Under the pieces are notes generated by a model. The model made no database searches. It saw only the letters and a list, made by a program, of their open reading frames with translations, and was not told the DNA's origin. Shown in pieces: positions 17,241-26,514 of a DNA stretch of 59,496 nucleotides; the stretch's first letter is position 1, and each line of letters opens with the position of its first letter. This DNA comes from a virus (lineage: Duplodnaviria; Caudoviricetes): positions 1 through 59,496 of the IMG/VR virus record IMGVR_UViG_3300035670_000232; one strand, given 5' to 3'. The position numbers were made by a program, and so were the translations under genes.

Positions 17241-17507
17241 TCATTTGTCCTCCAGTTCTCGCAGCCTCGCAATCGCCTCAATCATCCGCAGGTGGCACTC
17301 CTCGGTCGCCGCCATTATCGCGGCATCTCTCTCCGCTCGTATCGCTCGCATGTCGCGATCAAAAACGTGAACGCTCCAGGCAACGCCAAAGCCGACCACA
17401 ACGACCAACACCCCGAAGAGCATCGCCTCGTCGTTCCAGAATTTACAGAGCCGCACAAAAGCCCTAACAAAGCCTTGCAGCCGACTCCTAGCAGCGTCTG
17501 TCATCAT
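17241..17507 (-). CDS. Single-TM membrane protein starting inside attC2
   Basis: GGAG SD and ATG in the attC2 central region; TM LFGVLVVVVGFGVAWSV. Confidence 0.7.
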   Translation of the reverse strand: MMTDAARSRLQGFVRAFVRLCKFWNDEAMLFGVLVVVVGFGVAWSVHVFDRDMRAIRAERDAAIMAATEECHLRMIEAIARLRELEDK

Positions 17508-17550
17508 TGATACTCCATTGGCTGCGATCTGCTGAAGGCAGCCGTTAGAA
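17462..17550 (+). mobile_element. Integron attC site 2 (89 bp)
   Basis: CCCTAAC-AAAGC-CTTGCAGC...GCTGAAG-GCAGCC-GTTAGAA; right ~35 bp identical to attC1. Confidence 0.8.
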
Positions 17551-17570
17551 AAACCCCCGTCTCTCCGGGG
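17549..17570 (-). terminator. Hairpin with U-tract after ssb
   Basis: CCCCG-GAGAGA-CGGGG-G-TTTTT on the - strand. Confidence 0.45.
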
Positions 17571-17621
17571 CGTCAAGCCTAATGTCGCTGGCTTTCGCGG
17601 ACTGGCGGGAGGGTGGACCGC

Positions 17622-17978
17622 TCAGTCAAAGTCACCAAAGTCGTCGTCGCGGGACGGTGCCTTCTTGGGCTTGTCACCGCCACCCTTGCCGCACAGCTTC
17701 ACGCATCGCGTGTTGACTACCGTGCGCCGGTGAGTGACACCATCCTTTTCCCACGACTGGTTCTCCAGTTCCCCTTCGATGAGGACGGGAGTTCCCTTGG
17801 AGATGTAGTCCAGGCCGCCCTTCGGCTCCCACCAGACCACATCCATAAACGTCACCTTGTCGTCGTAACCATTGATGGCAATGCTGAACTTCGCCAGCGT
17901 CTTGCCGCCCTTGGTTTCGTGAACCTCGGGATCCTTGGTCACGTTACCCATCGCAATGTACTTCTGATAACCCATCAC
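17622..17978 (-). CDS. ssb: Single-stranded DNA-binding protein
   Basis: GNVTKDPE, KG..V.IEG.L...SWEKDG, acidic tail DDDFGDFD. Confidence 0.92.
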   Translation of the reverse strand: MMGYQKYIAMGNVTKDPEVHETKGGKTLAKFSIAINGYDDKVTFMDVVWWEPKGGLDYISKGTPVLIEGELENQSWEKDGVTHRRTVVNTRCVKLCGKGGGDKPKKAPSRDDDFGDFD

Positions 17979-18133
17979 TCACCCTCCTTCTTTAGGGAAA
18001 CAAACTCTTTCAACGCTTCATCATACCGTCGCCTGCGGTCAATCTCCTCACGGACCATGACCGTGGCTATCTGAACAAACGAACGCAAGTCCTGGGCAAG
18101 CTCAACGAATGCTCTGTCTGCATTACCCTGCAT
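17975..18133 (-). CDS. Small hypothetical protein
   Basis: GAGG SD; stop overlaps the ssb start. Confidence 0.55.
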   Translation of the reverse strand: MQGNADRAFVELAQDLRSFVQIATVMVREEIDRRRRYDEALKEFVSLKKEGE

Positions 18134-18800
18134 CCTCGGCCTCCCACTTCTTCTTGTACTCGGCCTCGCACCGCTTGTAGACGCCAGGGGTAATGGCCTT
18201 CTCCTTGGCACGGAGCTTCACCTTAGCCAGGAACTTGGCCGCAGCCTCAGCATCCTCGGCACTGACAATAGCCTCCTTGGCCGCAGCCTCGTAGGCCAAC
18301 TCCTTTTCCATGTCTTCCGCAACCTGCATGGACTTGGAAGCAGGCTTCGGCTCCGGTTCCGCCCGGTCCTTGTGTTCGCCAAGCCCGTTGCCATCGTCGT
18401 CAGGTTCGCCGCTGAACGCACCAGTCAAGGCCATGAGGAGAGTACGCTTGGCATAGGTGCAAGCGGACCCGAACTCCTGCATATGCTTCTTGCCCATGTA
18501 CAGCGGGGCCATGGCCGAGATGTACTCCCCGCTCATGTGCCTCAGCGTACCGATCATCACCCAATCGCCATTCGGCAGCACGCCCGTCCGGTAGTCAGGC
18601 AGGGCCATGCCGTGCTTCACAAGAGCTTCACGAACCGCAAGGCAGCACGACTGGAATGAGGCGTACTTGCTGCGGAAGTGATCGTTCTTGCTATCAAAAC
18701 CGGCAGTCTTGAACTCAAGCTGTGCAGCACCCAAAGCTGCCGTCAGCTTTGCCGTTGTGCCAGTACCGCTCGGCCCAAGGACTTCGTTATGGTCATTCAT
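18123..18800 (-). CDS. ERF-family ssDNA annealing protein
   Basis: N.HF.SKYA, H.SGE, FGSA.TYAKR, DDDGN. Confidence 0.9.
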   Translation of the reverse strand: MNDHNEVLGPSGTGTTAKLTAALGAAQLEFKTAGFDSKNDHFRSKYASFQSCCLAVREALVKHGMALPDYRTGVLPNGDWVMIGTLRHMSGEYISAMAPLYMGKKHMQEFGSACTYAKRTLLMALTGAFSGEPDDDGNGLGEHKDRAEPEPKPASKSMQVAEDMEKELAYEAAAKEAIVSAEDAEAAAKFLAKVKLRAKEKAITPGVYKRCEAEYKKKWEAEDAG

Positions 18801-19662
18801 CACCCTCAAGGTCTACGACCCCCTCCAAGTTCAGAGCCCACTGCGGCAAGGCAAGCTCAGTGATAGTCTCCGATGCAGGCGGAAGGTACTCCCCCGTCTG
18901 CTGCCGCAAGACAACATCTTCGATCACGCTCATGAGTTGTGCGCCTACCCCCTGTACGAAATCTTGCGGGAGCGTGTGTACCCTGCAAGCGTACGGCGGC
19001 ATGGTCTGGACAAAGACGAATGGCATCGCAAAGTCCACAAGACCCTGCACCGCAGCAGCGGCGTGCTGGTAGATGAAGTCCTGCTCCGCATATCCATAAG
19101 ACAGGACTGACCTGGCTAGGTCACTGAATGACTTGCTCGTTGTCTTGAGATCCCACACAAGCTCCCTGGTCACGCCGTCCGGGCGGTACTTCATTCGCAA
19201 GCCGCCAAGCTCATACAAGCCTACGTCCTGTGTTGACACGGTATTGTCCAAGAGATAGCGGGCAGCGGGGTTCTCGTACATATGGTCAAGCATCGTCTCA
19301 AAAACTTCCTTCTCTGACTCACTGACGATGATGCCCTTCTGCTCTGCGGCCCATTCCTTGTAGGCGTTGCCCGACCTGGCCCCGTTCTTGGCCAACACAT
19401 CGACTGGCGGGACCACAACAGAGTCATCGAACGACTTCCCGGAGAGGATGTTCATAACAATGTCGTCAAACGCTGTGCCGATACTTGTGCTTTTTGTGTC
19501 AGCCCGGAGCCGCTTGCCAGCGTCCAGCCACCGCTGCACCTCACCGCCACCCATCTTCACAGCGGTCAGGTAAGACCGGGAAGGCAGGGGGATGTTGAGG
19601 TACTCGTACATCGACATCCCCGTGACCAGTCGGGGCAGTTCGCAGGTCGCGTAATCAATCAT
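18793..19662 (-). CDS. RecE/exonuclease VIII-like PD-(D/E)XK exonuclease
   Basis: GTAF, K.RPD, DLKTT, Y..Q..IY motifs. Confidence 0.85.
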   Translation of the reverse strand: MIDYATCELPRLVTGMSMYEYLNIPLPSRSYLTAVKMGGGEVQRWLDAGKRLRADTKSTSIGTAFDDIVMNILSGKSFDDSVVVPPVDVLAKNGARSGNAYKEWAAEQKGIIVSESEKEVFETMLDHMYENPAARYLLDNTVSTQDVGLYELGGLRMKYRPDGVTRELVWDLKTTSKSFSDLARSVLSYGYAEQDFIYQHAAAAVQGLVDFAMPFVFVQTMPPYACRVHTLPQDFVQGVGAQLMSVIEDVVLRQQTGEYLPPASETITELALPQWALNLEGVVDLEGDE

Positions 19663-19730
19663 CGCTTCACCCTCATAAAGAAGCCCCATCCGTGGGGCCA
19701 ACGCCATCCGTGACATGAATGACGAGGGAG

Positions 19731-19758
19731 ATAGTAGCGATGGCGGTCAGGGTGTCAA
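19731..19758 (-). promoter_or_regulatory. Sigma70-type promoter for the recombination/replication operon
   Basis: TTGACA-16nt-TACTAT. Confidence 0.7.
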
Positions 19759-22700
19759 GAGGGCTTTCCCAAAAAAAACTTCCAGCGGGTCACGCTCGGC
19801 TTTTTTGCGTTCCCTAGCCCGCTTAGATGCCTCAGCCTGCATGATCCGGTAGTGCATGTACTGCCTACGTTGATCTTCAGAGAGCCGTGCGAGAGCCTCT
19901 TCCGGCACGTTGAGCGTCTCGTAGCTTTGGACGCCAGGCACTGTGCGAAGAAGTTCTGCGTAGGTGTCACGGGCCGCATGCTCCATAGCCTTGTTGCGAT
20001 CAATCGTGCGTAGCCCAGCGCCCACGAGCTTGTTGGCGATGAGCTTCTGCGCTCGCTCCATCGGCGACAGTCGCTCGTCAATAGCAGTGCGAACGATACC
20101 GGCAGCCTGGCCACCCCCTGGAACGTTCACGAGCAGTTGCTCTATATGGCGGCCTAAGGTTCCGAGCCCCGCCTTGTCCTCAAGCATGGAGTAGGTGTCG
20201 CTGAGTTCACGGCCCGAGTAAAGCTGGCGGTCCAGCAGCAACTCAAGCGGCGCCTTGACTGCGGGGTTCAGCATCCCAGCAAAGTTCATCCCGGTCTTCT
20301 GGAGTGCGTCAGTGACCTTCTCGTACAGCGTGCCGCCGATGCCAGGAGAGATGAGATTCACTGGGTCATAGGGCATGGTGATGCCGCTGATGACGTTGGC
20401 AAGGTTCGGGTCACTCCCTGCCGCACCTGGGATTTGGATAGCCGCTGACTTGCGGAGATGCTCTGGAAGGAAGGTGTCCTCGTTCGGGCGTGATGCGTTG
20501 GAGATTGCCCGAATCGTCCGGCCCTGCAATGCACCAGGCCGCTCAAGGATGTTCTCTACCACCGAAGGAATGATGCCACGGGGGTAGGAGTAGAAGGGGA
20601 TGAACCGCTTCAGCTTCCGCTCAAACTCCGTGAATGCGGCTGGACTGTAGTCGATCTGCGTCTTGGCCACTTTGGCAGCAGCGGCATCTGGCACGGCACC
20701 ACGGCGAATCTCACCGAGGTAGGTGCCTACGCGATTGGCGTCTTCCACTCGCTTGCCAAGTCGCTCGTTCCATTGCAGCAGCGGGTTGAGGGTCTCCTTC
20801 GGGGCAGCGCGTTCTTTAGCGATGCCAGCAAAGTCAACTCCGCGAACGGTCAGCCAGTCCATCCACGAACGGTCTTTGTCGTAGAGCTTCGGCCTAGTCT
20901 GGTCGCCCTGCCCAACAATGAATGCTCTGGTGTCAGCCCCCTCATTGATGAAGCCCTGCCCAAGGTCGTGACGACCAGACTCCATGAGGAACTTGTCGAT
21001 CCGCTGCTTGGTGTCCAGGCCCTCATAGCCAGGGGCTTTGGCAAGCCGCTTGGCGATGGCGTTGTAGTTGCCGCTCCCGGCCCGCATGCCAGCCCACCAG
21101 TCGGCCACGCGACCAGGGAGAGCCTTGAGCCCACCCTCGTCCGTGTTCATCATCGTGGACAGCAGGCCTGAGTACAGGTTGCGGAAGTGGTACGCGGGAG
21201 ACGCAAGCGCACCGACCTTGAACGAGCTTGTGTAGCTGTCGTACAGCCTGGTCAGCGGGTTGTCCTTGTTCAGCGCTTGCTGTGGGGCAACCTTCTTGAG
21301 GGCGTTGAGTTCGGATTCCGAGATGGAGTGGCGAGCCACATCCATGCCAGTCAGTTCCTCAAAGCGATTCTTGTTGAAGCCAATGTCCTTGAGGGCTTGG
21401 TCCATCGGGACGTAGCCACCGCCCTCAATCATGTCGGCAAGCTGCGGCCGGGCAGCAGCGGCAAGCCTGTCGCGCAGCATATCGGCCGCACCAACAGACC
21501 TGGCCTCGCCAAGCATGGAGCGAGCCATGTCGCTAACCACGCTGTTGTCGAACAGGCCAATGCCTTCCTGGGCGTGCTGGAGGTCGGCCTGCCTGAGCAG
21601 GTCGCCAAGCTCCGTCTTGAGTTGGCGTTGCTTGCCCGTCAGGAGATCCAGTGCGGATTGAAGTTTGGCTGGCTCGTCAATGTCCGGCGTGGCAAGAGCC
21701 CCCATGAGGGAGTCAATGGTTTGGCCCTCGTGCCGGATGTTCTGATATGGGGCCTCAAGGCCGAGGCTTGCAAACGCCTGGTCGATGATCGCAGGAGTGT
21801 CTGCTGGTGCAGCTTCGATCAGCCTTTGTTGCAGCCCCTCCACCTGCGGGTCCGTGAGGAGGCGGCGGAAGGTTTCCCGTGGGCGAACGATGTCGGTGTA
21901 CTCGCGTCGGCCCTTGCCAACGAGATCGTCAAGAGAGAACAGCCGCTCGCCTCGTTCATACGGAATCTTCTTGCGAGGATCGCGGTTCGGAATGACAGGA
22001 GCTTCTTCAGTGGCAAACCTCTTCACCTGGCGGGCCAGGTAGCTCGTGCCTTCATTGCTACCAAAGGACGCGGCGTTGAGCCCTGCGGCCTCTCGGTTGC
22101 GGAGAGACTCAAGGTTGCGGCGGTGCGACCAGTCGGCGAAGTCACGCCATGCCGGGGTGTTCATCACCAGATCCACAGCACTCTGGTCTGTGATGTTGGC
22201 AATGTTGGCCGGATCCATCCCGGCTTCGATCATGTCGGCAATGGCGTTCTGCACACGCTGGCTGTTGAAGTTGACGGCCTCGCCGCCCAACTCTCCTGTC
22301 ACGCCATCCGATGCACGGTAGACCTCACGGGCCAGTTCCTCGCGGGCATCGCCCATTGCCTTCTTCTGATTGGCGAACGCCTCGCGGGCAAGCCACTGAT
22401 CTGCACGGTCGGTCTGCCCCATGACTGTGGGGTCAAATGCCGCAATAGCACGAGTCGCCAGCGGGCCGGTGTACCTATTGGAGGCAAGTCCTTCGCCGAG
22501 CTTGTCGAATGCTCGTGCAATCGGGCGGCCAGCCTCGCCCGTGAGGATCGGAAGCCCGGTCTTCATACCAGGAATGCGGGCCTCCATCACGGCACCCAGC
22601 GTCTGATCCAGGAGGGAGTCAGCATCTAGCCCGGAACCTTGGGCGGCGCGGGTGAAGTTGGACAGTGCATCTTCGCGAGCCTGGCTGATGAGATCCTGCG

Positions 22701-23463
22701 GCGTGTACTGCGACAGGAAATCAGCCTCGTCCATCTCCAGCTTGCGGGCGCGGGCCAGCGACGAACCAAAGGCTTGGTGACGAACCGACTCAGGCAGGGC
22801 GTCAAGTGTGACATCCTCCAGCGGCACCGACGAGAACGGAGATCCAGGTGGGGGTGTGGATTCAGGGATCGCAGACAGCCACTTGTCCTCTGCGTCTCTG
22901 GCGATGTCGTCAATAAGGTCGTTGGGCGTGCGAGTCAGGAACGCCTCGCGAGGCCCGACGCCTGCCTTCCTGGCCTTGAGGGCGAAGTCATCCAGCAGCC
23001 CGGCCTTCTGGGCAACGCGAGCGGGAGCCCGTGTCGCACCACGACCCAGGATGGCCAGCGGGTTGAGGTAGGTTAGGGGGTCTAGGGCAATCTCACCAGC
23101 CAGGCCGCCAATCCAGTTGCCCCAGTTGTTGTCGTCGCCTACGAGGCCGTATTGCCTCAGAAGCTCCCGCCCATCCACCCGTTCGTCTGCTGTCTCCACA
23201 AGCGACGAGAGGGCCTTTCCTGGGCCTCCTGACAGGAGCCCTCGCACCATCGCCCCTGGGGTGTCCAGAATCCACCCGAGCCCTGCCATACCAGAGGCCG
23301 AGGCCCCGGCAACCTGGGCAAGAAGGGACTTCCTTTCCTCCTCGGGCATGAGATCCGCAAGGCCGGGCTTCTTGCGAACACGCCTGCCGTACTCATCGAA
23401 CTCAGGGATCAATGAGTCAAGCGGATCTACCCCGCCGTAGTAGTCCATCAACGGGGAGGACAT
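19747..23463 (-). CDS. Large internal virion/ejection protein (1238 aa)
   Basis: Size, position at the end of the structural operon, DPLTYL motif, helical C-terminal domain (DYS..T.FE...IPFY). Confidence 0.7.
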   Translation of the reverse strand: MSSPLMDYYGGVDPLDSLIPEFDEYGRRVRKKPGLADLMPEEERKSLLAQVAGASASGMAGLGWILDTPGAMVRGLLSGGPGKALSSLVETADERVDGRELLRQYGLVGDDNNWGNWIGGLAGEIALDPLTYLNPLAILGRGATRAPARVAQKAGLLDDFALKARKAGVGPREAFLTRTPNDLIDDIARDAEDKWLSAIPESTPPPGSPFSSVPLEDVTLDALPESVRHQAFGSSLARARKLEMDEADFLSQYTPQDLISQAREDALSNFTRAAQGSGLDADSLLDQTLGAVMEARIPGMKTGLPILTGEAGRPIARAFDKLGEGLASNRYTGPLATRAIAAFDPTVMGQTDRADQWLAREAFANQKKAMGDAREELAREVYRASDGVTGELGGEAVNFNSQRVQNAIADMIEAGMDPANIANITDQSAVDLVMNTPAWRDFADWSHRRNLESLRNREAAGLNAASFGSNEGTSYLARQVKRFATEEAPVIPNRDPRKKIPYERGERLFSLDDLVGKGRREYTDIVRPRETFRRLLTDPQVEGLQQRLIEAAPADTPAIIDQAFASLGLEAPYQNIRHEGQTIDSLMGALATPDIDEPAKLQSALDLLTGKQRQLKTELGDLLRQADLQHAQEGIGLFDNSVVSDMARSMLGEARSVGAADMLRDRLAAAARPQLADMIEGGGYVPMDQALKDIGFNKNRFEELTGMDVARHSISESELNALKKVAPQQALNKDNPLTRLYDSYTSSFKVGALASPAYHFRNLYSGLLSTMMNTDEGGLKALPGRVADWWAGMRAGSGNYNAIAKRLAKAPGYEGLDTKQRIDKFLMESGRHDLGQGFINEGADTRAFIVGQGDQTRPKLYDKDRSWMDWLTVRGVDFAGIAKERAAPKETLNPLLQWNERLGKRVEDANRVGTYLGEIRRGAVPDAAAAKVAKTQIDYSPAAFTEFERKLKRFIPFYSYPRGIIPSVVENILERPGALQGRTIRAISNASRPNEDTFLPEHLRKSAAIQIPGAAGSDPNLANVISGITMPYDPVNLISPGIGGTLYEKVTDALQKTGMNFAGMLNPAVKAPLELLLDRQLYSGRELSDTYSMLEDKAGLGTLGRHIEQLLVNVPGGGQAAGIVRTAIDERLSPMERAQKLIANKLVGAGLRTIDRNKAMEHAARDTYAELLRTVPGVQSYETLNVPEEALARLSEDQRRQYMHYRIMQAEASKRARERKKAERDPLEVFFGKALLTP

Positions 23464-23466
23464 GGA

Positions 23467-25617
23467 TCAGACTCCGAGCGCGGAGCGAATGGCATTGCCG
23501 TCTACGTCTGGATAGCGACCGAGAACCTCGTCAACGGCCGCTTTCTTTTCCTCTGGGCTCAGCCCAAAACCCCAGCTTGTCTTATCGCGAGCGTCCTTGG
23601 CAGCATCATACGCCTCGGCATATCTTGCCATGCGAGTTGCCTCATCCCTTTGCCCGAGAGCAATGGACTCAGGAGTTGGCTGACCAGCAGCGACACCAGC
23701 AGCCTCATGCCTTGCACGCTCGGCGTTGGCGGCGGCAATCCTGGCTTCGCTTTCAGCCTGGAGCCTAGCCTGTTCTCGGCCAAAGCCAGCCAATCGCAAC
23801 TCAATAGCACGAGCGTTCGTCCTTGCTTCCATCAGCTTTGCTTCGCGGTCAAGCTGAACAAGTTGATTCTGGGCATCGAACTGACGGCGTGATTCCCCTA
23901 GGAGAGCGCTCGCTTCCGACTCCCTGGCTCCAGCATTGATCTCAGCCACGCGGATATTGCCAGCGGAGGGATCAACGGGGGCATGGGACGGACGGCTGGT
24001 CATGCGATAGCCATGCCGCGTCTGCTCCTGCGACCACTCACGGGGAGTGAAGTGCTGCTCGGCAACCCGCTGCCGCTGCTCAGGAGACAGCTTGCTGTAC
24101 ATGTCGTAGTCCGCGCGGCTCATGCCAAGACCGCGAGCCATGCCATATTCCTTCACTCGCTGCTTGCGTGCAGCAAGGTCTTGGTCCTTGGCCTGATTGA
24201 TCATGGACATAAGCCCAGCACGATTATTCCGAATCATGTCCTGGTTGTACTGGCCACCATCGCTTTGGCCATTCTCGGTCAACAGGCGAAACACTTCCTG
24301 CTCGGAGAGTTGCCCCCCAAGCTCGCGAGCCTTTCGTCGGGCTTCTCTTCGCAGGTAGCCGTAGTTGGTGTTCATCAACTCGCCGCCCTGGTGCGGGAGC
24401 GAGCCCTTCATGTCGGCAGTGAGGTCTGCTGCGGAGATGGGTTCTTCAACACTGGCCTGGCCAGCCATATCCTCCATGGCGTCCATCTCGCCGATGTCCA
24501 GCGGGGTGTCGCCAACCCCTGCAAGAGCAGCACTCATGGGGTCGCGAGTGGTGTCGTATGGGACCGGGAATGGATCCATGTCCACGGGATCTTCGCCTGG
24601 TCGTGGAGCCGAGTCGATGGCCGCCAGGTTCCCTTCATCGAACATGGCGTTCGGATGGGAGGCAGTGAACGAGTCCATGATAGCCTGTCCGGCGAGGCTC
24701 AAGGCTCCAAGCCCAGCAGCGCCAGCGGCCACCCGACCTGGGTTGCCGTAGATAGCGTCACGGAAGTCCGCGACACGGCTGGCGATAGTCGGCCCTTCAG
24801 GAAGAGTTGAGGCTCGCGGAAGTGCGTCCTCAAGCCACGGCGCACTCTCTCGGATAGAGTTCTGCACAAGGTCTGGATCGTCGGCGGCACTGACCGGAGT
24901 CGGCTGCGCCATCGGATCGCGAGGAGGCATCGCAAGGTCTGCATTGAGGGACGGGTCGTAGCCAAGCCTCGGAAGGTCTGGCTGGCCTGCCGCAGTGGTG
25001 CCGATCCTTCGCTGGCCGGGGCCGGGAAGGTTCAGTGTTTCGCCAAACTCATCAACCTCATCCACGAGAGACGGGGCAGAAGTTCCAAGGCGGCGAGGGT
25101 CACGGAATGGGGGACCGGCAGGAATGAGGTCGCCGCTATCCATGAGGCCGGGGCCGATTGGACCCTTGTACTCAATGGCCGGGAGAGAGCCGGTCGCGGC
25201 GGCAACGTCCACCTTCATGGCGTCAAGCTGATCCGGGCTCAGGTACACGCCAGGCCACTCCCTCCACGAGCGGTCGATACCTGCGTCTGGGCCGGGGGGG
25301 ATCTCAGGGCCGTACTTCTGGGTGAGCTTGCTGGCAATCGCGATGGCCCTGGGGTTTGAGTCGAAGACCTGAGCCCCCAGTAGTGGCCGCTCCCAGTTGA
25401 GCGTCCGCATCGTGTCTTCGTTGGCGATCAAGCCCTCTTGTACCTGCGGCAAAGATGCACGCACAGCCGGATTGGCGAGAGCCCTGTCCAACGCAGCGAC
25501 TCGCTCCAACTGCCTGGCCATGGCCGGATCGGCCATCAATGCGTCAAGAACGCTGGCACCTTTCTTGGCAGCCCGCCCTACGCGACCGAGATTGTTGAGC
25601 CCATCGGGGGTTGCCAT
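23467..25617 (-). CDS. Putative internal virion protein (716 aa)
   Basis: P/D/A-rich with a central hydrophobic helix and coiled coil; position. Confidence 0.6.
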   Translation of the reverse strand: MATPDGLNNLGRVGRAAKKGASVLDALMADPAMARQLERVAALDRALANPAVRASLPQVQEGLIANEDTMRTLNWERPLLGAQVFDSNPRAIAIASKLTQKYGPEIPPGPDAGIDRSWREWPGVYLSPDQLDAMKVDVAAATGSLPAIEYKGPIGPGLMDSGDLIPAGPPFRDPRRLGTSAPSLVDEVDEFGETLNLPGPGQRRIGTTAAGQPDLPRLGYDPSLNADLAMPPRDPMAQPTPVSAADDPDLVQNSIRESAPWLEDALPRASTLPEGPTIASRVADFRDAIYGNPGRVAAGAAGLGALSLAGQAIMDSFTASHPNAMFDEGNLAAIDSAPRPGEDPVDMDPFPVPYDTTRDPMSAALAGVGDTPLDIGEMDAMEDMAGQASVEEPISAADLTADMKGSLPHQGGELMNTNYGYLRREARRKARELGGQLSEQEVFRLLTENGQSDGGQYNQDMIRNNRAGLMSMINQAKDQDLAARKQRVKEYGMARGLGMSRADYDMYSKLSPEQRQRVAEQHFTPREWSQEQTRHGYRMTSRPSHAPVDPSAGNIRVAEINAGARESEASALLGESRRQFDAQNQLVQLDREAKLMEARTNARAIELRLAGFGREQARLQAESEARIAAANAERARHEAAGVAAGQPTPESIALGQRDEATRMARYAEAYDAAKDARDKTSWGFGLSPEEKKAAVDEVLGRYPDVDGNAIRSALGV

Positions 25618-25844
25618 TACTTCTTACCCTTCTTCTTTGGGAGATCGCACTCAGTAACCTCTACTTCGCGAGGCTTGCCATGCCCCTCTTCGTGGAGGTC
25701 GGCCAGGTCATTCTTCTCGCCTTTGAGAATCTTGTCCACCAAAGCCTGCTCGCCGTCATCGTCTGCCTGGAGAAGCTGCTTCACCAGTTTACGAAGGGCT
25801 TTGGGCGAAAGGTCTTCAAGATCAAGAGCGACTGACTTAGCCAT
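25617..25844 (-). CDS. Small hypothetical virion-associated protein
   Basis: TAATG coupling on both sides. Confidence 0.65.
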   Translation of the reverse strand: MAKSVALDLEDLSPKALRKLVKQLLQADDDGEQALVDKILKGEKNDLADLHEEGHGKPREVEVTECDLPKKKGKK

Positions 25845-26209
25845 TAGAGAAGTCCTGAGAGTAGTCCGAGGTATTGGTTCTGCTGCTGAAACTGAAGGGA
25901 CGCCAAAGCCTGAGCCATACGTTCCTGGTCTGCCTGTGACTGCATCGCCATGCCCGCAATGCCAGCGTCATCCTGAGTCTGCTGGCTATACGCTTGAGCA
26001 ATGCCCTTGGCAGTAGCGTCAGCACCCTGGATCGCAGCCTGCTGTTTCTGAGCGCCGCCACGAGACATGCCCGGACGATCAAGTTGCTTTTCCTGCCATC
26101 GCTGATCGCCAGCGGCTTTGCCTTGGGCCATGTTCTGATTGAAGATGGCCGGGCCGTACTGATAGTCGTACGTCGGAACTTCTGGCTTGTAGAACGTGAT
26201 GCCATTCAT
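25844..26209 (-). CDS. Small Q/A-rich putative ejection protein
   Basis: Composition; C-terminal LGLLSGLL like its neighbour. Confidence 0.65.
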   Translation of the reverse strand: MNGITFYKPEVPTYDYQYGPAIFNQNMAQGKAAGDQRWQEKQLDRPGMSRGGAQKQQAAIQGADATAKGIAQAYSQQTQDDAGIAGMAMQSQADQERMAQALASLQFQQQNQYLGLLSGLL

Positions 26210-26505
26210 CGCAGCAGCCCCCCAAGCAGAGAGCCAACCGTGTTCATGTACGCCGAGTTCTGGCTGCCAACCGTCTGCAACCCAGACAACGCCAAGCCAC
26301 GCTGAAGACCCTGGTTCTGCATCTGATAGTTGAGGTTCGCGTTCTCAGCCTCGCGCTGATAAACAGGAAGATTCAGGCTGACATTGAACACATCGGACGC
26401 AGCATCGTTTTCAGGGGCATACGACTGCATCGCAGCCATACGCTGCCTTTGCGTGTACGGCGAGACTGGCGGCCGGTTAGCGAGTTCTGTCTGGTAGTTG
26501 AGCAT
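26206..26505 (-). CDS. Small Q/N-rich putative ejection protein
   Basis: Composition; C-terminal SLLGGLLR. Confidence 0.65.
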   Translation of the reverse strand: MLNYQTELANRPPVSPYTQRQRMAAMQSYAPENDAASDVFNVSLNLPVYQREAENANLNYQMQNQGLQRGLALSGLQTVGSQNSAYMNTVGSLLGGLLR

Positions 26506-26514
26506 GGACTACTT

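Noticed and set aside
17241-17250. GGACAAATG as an eleventh late promoter
   Set aside because: Lacks the downstream GTAG or ATG at the conserved distance and lies in the sigma70-driven operon
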